Origin: an uncultured Candidatus Entotheonella sp.
GTDB taxonomy: Bacteria > Tectomicrobia > Entotheonellia > Entotheonellales > Entotheonellaceae
Assembly: GCA_951828535.1 (NCBI GenBank)
Contig: OX639990.1
Location: forward strand, 109,300 to 173,299
Reading direction: 5' to 3'
Length of the DNA stretch: 64,000 nucleotides
This document shows positions 36,261 to 43,982 of this stretch, piece after piece. Each line of letters begins with the position of its first letter. Within the stretch, counting starts at the first letter, position 1. The notes beneath the pieces are model-generated. The model made no database searches, had not been told where the DNA came from, and saw only the letters and a program-made list of their open reading frames with translations. A program made the position numbers and the translations under genes.

Positions 36261-38618
36261 AATCTGAACAATCGCGGTGAGGACGGCGTCCGTGTCAATG
36301 CGGTGCTGGTGGTACAGCTCCTGCACCGAGCCGGTCTGGCCGAATTGCACCACGCCCAGGGGCTTGAGCGGGGCATTGAAGACGGTGCCTAGCCAGGCGA
36401 GCGTCAGGGGATGTCCGTCGAGCAGGGTGATCGCCGGCGTTTGGCGGTCGGCGGCGGGAAGCAGTTCGTCGAGGTAGGAAGACCCGGCCCCGGAACCGGC
36501 GGCCTCGAAGTGGTCGCGGAACAGGCGGTCGGCGCTGGTGACGTTGATAACGTTGACGTAAATACCGTCCTCGCAAGCCAGTTCGCTGGCCTGCAAAGCC
36601 TCCTCTAACATGACGCCGGACGCGAACAGGTGCACGCGCGGACGCTGGGCGTAGTCGTGCTCCTGGCGGTAATCGCGCAGCCAATAGCCGCCGGCCAAGA
36701 CCTGCCGCCGCCATTCCGGGGTCGATCGGCGCACCGCCTGCGTAATCGGCCGTGTCGACAGCCGCAGATACAGGCTCTGGCCGTTTTCGCGGTCCGCCAA
36801 TTGCCGCAGCCCCCAGCACATCATGCACTCCAACTCGGCGGCGTAGGCCGGCTCGTAGTAGATCAGACCCGGCATGCCCATGCCCACCAGCGGCGTGTAG
36901 ATCGATTGGTGCGCGCCGCCTTCGCGGTTCAGGCTCAGCCCCGACGGGGTGCCCGCAAAGAGGAACTTCGCCCCCACGTAGGTCGCATAGGTTAGAGCGT
37001 CCAGGCCGCGTGCCACGAAGGGGTCGTACACGGTGCCGACGGGCAGCAACAGTTCGCCGTGGAATTCGTAGGACAGGCCCAGCATGGTCAGGGCCAGGTA
37101 GAAATTATTCTCCGCGATGCCGAGCTCGATGTGCTGGCCCGAGGCGGTTTCCTGCCAGCGCAGCAGGCTGGTGACGTCGTACTTGGCCCAGTAGTTGGGC
37201 TTTTCGGCGGGCGCATAAATGCCGCGCTTGTTGATCCAATTGGCCAGATTTGTGGAAACCGCCACGTCGGGCGAGGTGGTGACGAGGCGCGCTGCCACGT
37301 CCTCGTATTCGTTCAGCGCCACCAGGATATGGCCGAACGCCCCCTGTGTGGCGGCGCGCTCGGGAAAGGGGATGTCCAGCGTCTCGGGAATCGGCGGCGG
37401 CACGCTCGGCGGTGCCGGAGCAGGGCTTCGGCCATTCCGATCGGTGATCTGTCGCTGTTTGATCCAGCCAGCAATCGGGTGCGGCTCTTCGTAGCCGTCC
37501 CATTCGTGGCCCTCGGCGATGCCGTGCTGTTCTTGCAGCGCGGCGATGTGCGCCGACGTCAGCTGGGCGGCGTGGTTGTCGATGTGCCCGGCAATCGGCA
37601 GCCCCCAGCCCTTGATGGTATAGGCCATGATGACGACCGGCCGGTCGGCGATGGCCTCAGCGGCGGCGAACGTCTTGAGAATCTCCGGGATGTCGTGCCC
37701 GCCCAGGTTCATCAGCAGGTCCTTGAGGGTGACGTCGGGCACGTCGGCCAGGACGCTGCGCATGTCGGCGTCGTTCAACTGGCCCCACTCGACGACGGCG
37801 CGGCGAATTTCCGAGCCGTCGGCGTTCAGCAGGGTCTGGTACTCGGCGTTGCTGCAGGAATCGATCCACTGCCGTAAGCCCTCACCGCCCGGCCGGTCGA
37901 AAAAATCCAGCTGTTGGCTGCCGAACTTGAGCCACAGCACCTCCCAGCCCTTGGCCTCGAACAGCCGCGCGATCTGCGTGACCTGGCCCTCCGGGGCGAT
38001 GTGGTCGAGGCTCTGCCGGTTGATGTCGATGATCCACCACAGGTCGTTCAGGCCGTAGGCGCTGGCCTCGCCGATGGCTTCCGGGACGTTGCCCTCGTCG
38101 ATTTCGGCGTCGCCGACCAGGGCGATGTAGCGCCCTTGACCGTCGGTCTTGCCGAAGTGATCGCGTACGTAACGCTGCGTCAGGGCGCCGAAAACCGTCG
38201 CCGCGGCGCCCAGGCCGACCGAGCCGGTGGAAATCGTCACGCCGTCCGGGTCCTTGGTGCGGCTGGGATAGGCCTGCAGGCCGCCGAAATCGCGCAGGGT
38301 GGTCAGCATGTGGCGCGGCAGGTTGCCGAGCAGATACTGAATGGCGTGCAGCACCGGCGCGGCGTGCGGCTTCACCGCCACGTGGTCTTCGGGGCGCAGG
38401 ATGCCGAAATACAGCGCCGTCATCAAATTGACCGCCGAGGCGCAACTCGCCTGATGCCCGCCGACCTTGAGGCCGTCCGGGTTCGGGCGAATCTTGTTGG
38501 CGTAGTGGATCATGTATGTCGACAGCCACAGGACGCGCTGCGAGATGGTTTCCAGGGTAGTGATAATTTCGGGGTCAGCCGCGGCAGGCGGGGCAGAGGG
38601 GGGTGACATAATGGCCAT
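36246..38618 (-). CDS. AceE-type (homodimeric) 2-oxoacid dehydrogenase E1-like ThDP enzyme, no E2/E3 partner nearby
   Basis: 791 aa. The blocks ..GGHQASCASAVNLMTALYF.., ..LVGDAEIDEGNVPEAI..WWIIDINRQSLD.., ..FEAKGWEVLWLKFG.., and ..LNREGGAHQS..IYYEPAYAAELE.. parallel E. coli AceE blocks (GGH.AS, GDGEMDEPES..NCNLQRLDG, LNGEGLQHEDGHS..YDPAYAYE). Confidence 0.85.
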   Translation of the reverse strand: MAIMSPPSAPPAAADPEIITTLETISQRVLWLSTYMIHYANKIRPNPDGLKVGGHQASCASAVNLMTALYFGILRPEDHVAVKPHAAPVLHAIQYLLGNLPRHMLTTLRDFGGLQAYPSRTKDPDGVTISTGSVGLGAAATVFGALTQRYVRDHFGKTDGQGRYIALVGDAEIDEGNVPEAIGEASAYGLNDLWWIIDINRQSLDHIAPEGQVTQIARLFEAKGWEVLWLKFGSQQLDFFDRPGGEGLRQWIDSCSNAEYQTLLNADGSEIRRAVVEWGQLNDADMRSVLADVPDVTLKDLLMNLGGHDIPEILKTFAAAEAIADRPVVIMAYTIKGWGLPIAGHIDNHAAQLTSAHIAALQEQHGIAEGHEWDGYEEPHPIAGWIKQRQITDRNGRSPAPAPPSVPPPIPETLDIPFPERAATQGAFGHILVALNEYEDVAARLVTTSPDVAVSTNLANWINKRGIYAPAEKPNYWAKYDVTSLLRWQETASGQHIELGIAENNFYLALTMLGLSYEFHGELLLPVGTVYDPFVARGLDALTYATYVGAKFLFAGTPSGLSLNREGGAHQSIYTPLVGMGMPGLIYYEPAYAAELECMMCWGLRQLADRENGQSLYLRLSTRPITQAVRRSTPEWRRQVLAGGYWLRDYRQEHDYAQRPRVHLFASGVMLEEALQASELACEDGIYVNVINVTSADRLFRDHFEAAGSGAGSSYLDELLPAADRQTPAITLLDGHPLTLAWLGTVFNAPLKPLGVVQFGQTGSVQELYHQHRIDTDAVLTAIVQILFGK

Positions 38619-38640
38619 CAACGTGCCTCTTCTCAAACGC

Positions 38641-39528
38641 TCAACAGTCGTCTTCCAACAAACGGGCAACTTCCGAGCGTAGGGTGTCGAGGTAGGCCGA
38701 ATACGAATGGTCTTGATAAACCAGTAGTTGTTGCGATACCCCGGTGTCGTACCAGTCGACCCATCCGGGCTCGTCCTGGCCGCGAAACGCCGCCATTTCC
38801 ATCGGCACGCCGATAATGTCGTACAGATCGGCGACGTACTTGCGCCCGGTCGTCTGCCAAGTCGATCCGCCGGCGATGTTCAGGGTTTTGCCGCGCGCCG
38901 CCGGGGTGATCAGCGCCTTGTACAGTGCGGTCACCACGTCGTCGCGCTGTACCATTTCCAGGCGCTGCTCGGCGGTGAACGGCCATACCTCGGGAGGTTC
39001 CTGCAGAACCGGCACGGCGATGCCGGCAATGCGCAGCACCACCACGGGCAGGGAGGATGCCCGCACCAAGCGCTCGCTGGCGATCTTGCTTTCGGCGTAG
39101 AGGTCGAGGGCCGTTTGGGGATGCTCCACCCCCAGCGGCGGCGCCTCGGCAGTGGTGTCGCCATAGGTACTCACCGACGAGCTGAACACCAGCACGGCGT
39201 CGCTGGCGGCGGCTTGCATGGCGCTGATGATGGTCGCGGTGCCGTCCACGTTGACGGCGAACGTCCGCGACCGGTCGGCCTCACTCGCCGGCGGCAACAG
39301 TGCCGCCAAGTGCAGCACGCTACTCACGCCCTGCACCGCGGCTTCGACGTGCTCCAGCTTCGTAATGTCGCCCTTAACGACTTCGATTCCCGTTTCGCCT
39401 TCCAGGCCCGTAAAGTCGCACACCGGCAGGTCGAAAACGCGCACCGCATAGCCATCGGCGCGGCAGCAGGCTACCAAGCTGCGGCCGACGCTGCCGGCGC
39501 CTCCGGTGATCAGGATCGGACCGCTCAT
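38641..39528 (-). CDS. NAD-dependent epimerase/dehydratase (extended SDR)
   Basis: It has a Rossmann motif ILITGGAGSVGRSL and the catalytic motif ..YAESKIASE.. (YxxxK). Confidence 0.85.
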   Translation of the reverse strand: MSGPILITGGAGSVGRSLVACCRADGYAVRVFDLPVCDFTGLEGETGIEVVKGDITKLEHVEAAVQGVSSVLHLAALLPPASEADRSRTFAVNVDGTATIISAMQAAASDAVLVFSSSVSTYGDTTAEAPPLGVEHPQTALDLYAESKIASERLVRASSLPVVVLRIAGIAVPVLQEPPEVWPFTAEQRLEMVQRDDVVTALYKALITPAARGKTLNIAGGSTWQTTGRKYVADLYDIIGVPMEMAAFRGQDEPGWVDWYDTGVSQQLLVYQDHSYSAYLDTLRSEVARLLEDDC

Positions 39529-39893
39529 GTAATCGTGGTCCCGTCCATCTTGGCCTTGGTCACCAATGTTTTCGTGGCCTTTTGCAGCTTCTCCAAGGCC
39601 CCCGGCAGGCTGTCCCACTTCTGCTCGGAAATGAGAGATGCCACCGCCGCGGCCTCTACCCGGCAGGCCTTGGTGGGCGGCACGCTCATCATGGTCTTGA
39701 GGAAAAATTTGTCGCTGACATCATTAAACGCCGTGAGTGATTCTTGCACCACGCTCTGCGCCTTCACCGCCTCGGCATCGGTGGCGGCGGACAGGCTGGC
39801 GTCCAGCTGCTCGCACGTGCTGATAGCCTCTTGCAGATTCTCCAAACCCTTCGTGACCGCTGCCATGTCGACCTCCTGAAAAAACCGGTTCAT
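39525..39893 (-). CDS. Small predicted all-helical protein, unknown function
   Basis: 122 aa (MNRFFQEVDMAAVTKGLENLQEAISTCEQLDASL...). Its stop overlaps the SDR start (ATGA). No family recognised. Confidence 0.5.
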   Translation of the reverse strand: MNRFFQEVDMAAVTKGLENLQEAISTCEQLDASLSAATDAEAVKAQSVVQESLTAFNDVSDKFFLKTMMSVPPTKACRVEAAAVASLISEQKWDSLPGALEKLQKATKTLVTKAKMDGTTIT

Positions 39894-39897
39894 ACTT

Positions 39898-40038
39898 CCC
39901 CCCACCCTGGCCCTCCCCCTCCAAGGAGGAGGGAACTCGTGTCCCATCCTCTTTGATCGGGGAGGATTGCTATTCCCTCTCTGGGGGTCGTATTCCTGCT
40001 CCCTCTCCCCTGGAGGGAGAGGGCCAGGGTGAGGGGGG
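39898..40038. repeat. MITE-like inverted pair of GC-rich 'CCCTCxCCC...GGGAGxGGG' hairpin units
   Basis: CCCCCACCCTGGCCCTCCCCCTCCAAGGAGGAGGG (39898-39932) is an imperfect inverted copy of CCCTCTCCCCTGGAGGGAGAGGGCCAGGGTGAGGGGGG (40001-40038). Each unit is itself a hairpin (for example CCCTCTCCC-ctgga-GGGAGAGGG). Confidence 0.65.
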
Positions 40039-40116
40039 AAACTTGAAGCGAGAACTGCCAAAGGGCGCGGCGTGCAGTCCCGAATCGAGCCTTGCACGCC
40101 GCGCTCGCCAGGACGT

Positions 40117-41532
40117 TTAATCGCCTGTCGCTGCCTCTTCGGCGGAACCTGAGGCGCCCGGCACGCCGGCGTTGCCGTTGCCGTGCCAGGTCTTGACGAA
40201 TTCCGTGTCCACCTCCTGCTCGCGCAGGAAACCCTGGCCGTCGTAACGGTCGTACGGGAAGGGCGAGAACTTCATGAACTTGGCGCCGAAGCGCACACCG
40301 CTGGGCCGCTTGTCCAGCGCAAACAGGTGGCGGCTGGCCGGCTGCGGTTCCGCCTCGATGAGGTTGTAGTCACGGCTGCCGAGGCCGTTCAGGGTGCCCG
40401 TGTTGATCTGGGCTTCCTCGCTGAGGCCGTGCACCGTGGCCGACACCGTCTCGAACTTCTTCTCACCGGCTTCCAGCAAATCGAAATCCTCCGCAATCGA
40501 GCCCGGCATGCCATGCGACTCGCGCACCTTGTCCAGGCAGGCCATGTCGATGGCCACCGGGTCCGTGCTGGCGAACACGCCGAGGTTCGGCACCACCGGC
40601 ATGTCGGCGAAGTTCACGCAGTCACAGCGCGGCGAGATGTCGATGGCCAGGTTGATGAAGCCGCACTTCTCGCGGCCCACCGCCAGCACCGCGCCGAGGG
40701 CGCCATCGGCGATGGAGGCGTCGGTGGCGGCAAACGTTTCTTCCGGGAACTCGAACAGGCCGCGCGGCGCCATGATGCCGAGGCAGCCCAAGCAGCTGGT
40801 GCAGGCCTCCCGATCCCAGTGAATCGTGTCATCCTCGACCTTGAAAAGGTGGTAAGGGCAGCACTCTTCAAGGATGTTCCAGTCCGGCGTGTCGGCCTTG
40901 CCCTTGAAGTTCTCGGGATGCCAGATGGCCGAGTTGGCGACGCTGTACTTGGGGTGGCCGCCGAGGTGCACGTTGTGCTTGCCGCGCTTGGACTGGCAGC
41001 CGATGCCGAGGTTTTTGATGGCGCCGCCGATGACGCCCATGGGGTGCCCCTTGAAGTGGGTGAGGCAGATCAGCACGTCGGCAGCGGCAACCGCCTGCGC
41101 GATATAGGCTTCTTTCAACAGGTAGCCGGTCGGCACGTCGACGCGATAATCGCCGGTGCCGATGAAGCCGTCGGCGCAAATGAACGGGCAGCCCAGCACC
41201 GCGGAGCTGAAGCCGTTGCGTTCGGCGGTCATCATGATGTCGAGCTCGGTCGCCCGCGAGGCGTAGGGAGAGTAGGTGAGGGTGGTGGTGTCGCACACGA
41301 AGGGCCGGCCGCCGAGCTCCTTGATACGGTCGGCCAGGGCGCGCGGGTAGACGGGCCGCAGGTAGGCGGTGTTGTTCCACTCGCCGCAGTGAATTTTGAT
41401 GGCCACGAGGTCGTTCGGCTTGATCATCGCGTCAAGCCCCGCTTCCTCGAAAACGGTCAGCATCTTGGCCACCAGACCCGTCTGGGGCGACTCGCTGCGC
41501 GCGTCCATGTAATAAACGTCAGAAGCCGTCAT
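40117..41532 (-). CDS. DUF362-domain Fe-S protein (COG2768-like)
   Basis: It has ..DLVAIKIHCGEWNNTAYLRP.., ..ICLTHFKGHPMGVIGGAIKNLGIGC.., and a Cys-rich segment ..CPYH..REACTSCLGCLG... Confidence 0.75.
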   Translation of the reverse strand: MTASDVYYMDARSESPQTGLVAKMLTVFEEAGLDAMIKPNDLVAIKIHCGEWNNTAYLRPVYPRALADRIKELGGRPFVCDTTTLTYSPYASRATELDIMMTAERNGFSSAVLGCPFICADGFIGTGDYRVDVPTGYLLKEAYIAQAVAAADVLICLTHFKGHPMGVIGGAIKNLGIGCQSKRGKHNVHLGGHPKYSVANSAIWHPENFKGKADTPDWNILEECCPYHLFKVEDDTIHWDREACTSCLGCLGIMAPRGLFEFPEETFAATDASIADGALGAVLAVGREKCGFINLAIDISPRCDCVNFADMPVVPNLGVFASTDPVAIDMACLDKVRESHGMPGSIAEDFDLLEAGEKKFETVSATVHGLSEEAQINTGTLNGLGSRDYNLIEAEPQPASRHLFALDKRPSGVRFGAKFMKFSPFPYDRYDGQGFLREQEVDTEFVKTWHGNGNAGVPGASGSAEEAATGD

Positions 41533-41807
41533 CGTGCCTCTCCTCTGCCATGCGTTTGCCACTTTTCTTCGAGCCGGGGTTGTCGCAATCGGGCCGACCC
41601 GCTTGCAAGGGGCGAGGGAAACCGAGGAACCGCATGCCCCTGCCGTTGTCTAGACACAGGAATTACAAAGCGATGCACTATAATGAAATCCACAGGCCAA
41701 GTCAAAACGGCGCCGTGCGGCTTTGGGCTAACACGTGCGGTTTTGAAATCCGCCCCGATCGTCGCATCGGCCAGGCAGCGTTGGGGGTTTGGAGAGGAGA
41801 AAACGGC

Positions 41808-42899
41808 ATGTCAGCAACGCGTCCGCAACCGCTGTTCGACTGGTTCATTCCCATTGACGGTGACGGGGTTCGGTTGGGCACCGCGCGGGCCGAACGGCCG
41901 CCGGATTTCGACTACCTGACACGGGTGGTGCGGACGGCGGAAGCGCAGGGTTTTGACGCCCTGCTGATTCCCACGCGCTTCGTCAACGGCCTGTTCGACG
42001 AGGCCGCGCCGTTGGTGGAAACGTGGACGACCGCTACGGCGCTGGCGACGGTGACGACCCGCATCCGCTTCCTGATTGCCGTGCGGCCGGGGTTCATCGC
42101 CGCCGGCTTATTGGCCAAGATGGTGGCGACGCTGGACCAGATCAGCCGCGGCAGGGTGGATATCAACATTGTGCCCGGCGGTATTCGGCACGATTTTGAG
42201 CGGCTCGGGGTGGATAGCGACCACACCGGACGCTATGAGCAGGCGGAGGAATTGATGCGCGCCTGCAGGATGCTATGGACAGGGGAACTGACCGATTTTG
42301 CCGGCCAGCACCTGACGCTGCGTGGCGCCCGCTGTGTGCCGACACCGTTCGGAACACCGCGTTTTTACCAGGGCGGGGCGTCGCCGCGTGCCGAGGCGCT
42401 GGCGGCGCGCGAGGCGGACGTGTATCTGCTGTGGATCGAGCCGTTGGACCAGATTGCGGCACGCATTGCGCGGTTGCGGACGGCTTACGAAGCATGCGGC
42501 CGCGCACCGGCATTCGGTCTGCGCACCCACCTGATCGTGCGTGACGACGTTGACGAGGCATGGGACGCAGCGCATCGCCTGATTGCCGACGCCGTTCCCG
42601 AGGTGCTGCGGCAGCGGCGGGCGGTGGCGGTTGGTGAGCAGTCGGCGCCGGGCGCGGATGCGGACCGGCACCGGCTCGGAAGGCATCTGTGGAATGGCCT
42701 TGCTACCGTGCGCGTTAACTGTGGCACGGCCATCGTCGGCACCCCGGATCAGGTGGTGCAGGAACTCTACGAATACTGGAAGCTTGGCGTCGACGAATTC
42801 ATCTTGTCCGGCTTTCCGCACGTCGAGGAATGCGTTCGGGTGGCGCAAACGGTGCTGCCGCGCCTGCGGGCCTGCATAGCCGCCGGTTCGGAGGCGTAA
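41808..42899 (+). CDS. Luciferase-like (LLM) flavin monooxygenase, SsuD/alkanesulfonate monooxygenase-like
   Basis: The blocks ..LFDWFIPIDGDG.., ..FLIAVRPGFI.., ..LDQISRGRVDINIVPGG.., ..RYEQAEEL.., ..LIVRDDVDEAWDAAHRLI.., and ..IVGTPDQVVQELYEYWKLGVDEFILSGFPHVEE.. are collinear with E. coli SsuD. A GGAGAGGAG RBS is present. Confidence 0.85.
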   Translation: MSATRPQPLFDWFIPIDGDGVRLGTARAERPPDFDYLTRVVRTAEAQGFDALLIPTRFVNGLFDEAAPLVETWTTATALATVTTRIRFLIAVRPGFIAAGLLAKMVATLDQISRGRVDINIVPGGIRHDFERLGVDSDHTGRYEQAEELMRACRMLWTGELTDFAGQHLTLRGARCVPTPFGTPRFYQGGASPRAEALAAREADVYLLWIEPLDQIAARIARLRTAYEACGRAPAFGLRTHLIVRDDVDEAWDAAHRLIADAVPEVLRQRRAVAVGEQSAPGADADRHRLGRHLWNGLATVRVNCGTAIVGTPDQVVQELYEYWKLGVDEFILSGFPHVEECVRVAQTVLPRLRACIAAGSEA

Positions 42900-42941
42900 C
42901 CGCCTTGGCGGTTTTCATCACGAGGAAAAAAGGGTCTCTTC

Positions 42942-43442
42942 ATGCAGCGAGCAATTGTAGCCTTAAGCCTTGCCGTCCTGTTGTCCGTCGCTATGACGGG
43001 CGTCCTGCCGACAGCGGGGCAACACCATCATCACCACGAACACCAGGGCCACCAGGACACTCACAAGCACCATAGGTGGCGAACCCCGCCCGCGGCATAC
43101 GCCGACAAGGTCAGCCACCGCTGGGGTGACGACGGTGCCATTGCGCGGGGCAAGGCGCTGTACGACACCCACTGCACCGCCTGCCACGGCGCCGATGGCC
43201 TCGGCACCACCGCCTTTGCCAAGGCCCTGCCGCATCCGCCCGCCGACCTCATGCACCACTTCCACCTGCATCCCGGGGAGGGGGATGCCTATCTGTACTG
43301 GCGCGTCAGCGAGGGCGGAATGGTGGAACCCTTCAAGTCAGCGGAATCGCTCATGCCGGCGTTTAAAACGTTGCTCAGTGAGGACGAGCGCTGGGACGTT
43401 CTCGCCTACGTGTGCGCTGCGTTTCACCGGGGCTTCGAGTGA
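42942..43442 (+). CDS. Periplasmic class I c-type cytochrome with His-rich N-terminal segment
   Basis: It has a signal peptide, GQHHHHHEHQGHQDTHKHH, the haem motif CTACHG, and a distal ..LMPAF... Confidence 0.8.
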   Translation: MQRAIVALSLAVLLSVAMTGVLPTAGQHHHHHEHQGHQDTHKHHRWRTPPAAYADKVSHRWGDDGAIARGKALYDTHCTACHGADGLGTTAFAKALPHPPADLMHHFHLHPGEGDAYLYWRVSEGGMVEPFKSAESLMPAFKTLLSEDERWDVLAYVCAAFHRGFE

Positions 43443-43477
43443 CAATGCCGGAAGGGCGGTACTTTCCCCACTTCCCT

Positions 43478-43942
43478 TCACTTCACTTCATAGGTGAACT
43501 GATCTAGTAATGTGGCGCCGCTGGCGACAGCTTTGGTCTTGACGGTGTAGGCGCCCGGCGCCTTGAAATCGACGTCGGCCCCGAAGCCGTCTTTCATGCC
43601 CATGGCCATCAGCTTCTGCTTGTTGCCGTCGGGCCCGACGACCAAGTATCCCACTTTGGCCTGGCCAAGGACCGTGCCATCGGGGCCGGTCACGTAAACC
43701 ATCATGTGATGCGTCGCCTGCATCTCCGGCATGTTTTCCATGTCTTTCATCTTCTGTTGCATGTCGATGAGATGATAGGCGAGGCTGTAGCCGTCCACGG
43801 TCGAGTTGTGAATGTTGGGGCCGCGATGACCGGAGTGGTCCATCTGGTCCATGTCGCGCTCATGGTTGGCTGCCAGGACTGGGAAGCCGCCCGCGAACGT
43901 CACCAGCAGCGTGATGAGGGTCAGGCTTAAAGCGATGCGCAT
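43478..43942 (-). CDS. Periplasmic Met/His-rich protein (putative Cu/Ag-binding)
   Basis: It has a signal peptide, ..HERDMDQMDHSGH.., ..IDMQQKMKDMENMPEMQATHHMMV.. and ..MAMGMKDG... It lies first downstream of cusA. Confidence 0.65.
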   Translation of the reverse strand: MRIALSLTLITLLVTFAGGFPVLAANHERDMDQMDHSGHRGPNIHNSTVDGYSLAYHLIDMQQKMKDMENMPEMQATHHMMVYVTGPDGTVLGQAKVGYLVVGPDGNKQKLMAMGMKDGFGADVDFKAPGAYTVKTKAVASGATLLDQFTYEVK

Positions 43943-43982
43943 CGGGTTCTCCTTCTTGAGAGCAAAATGGGTGGTGGGGATG

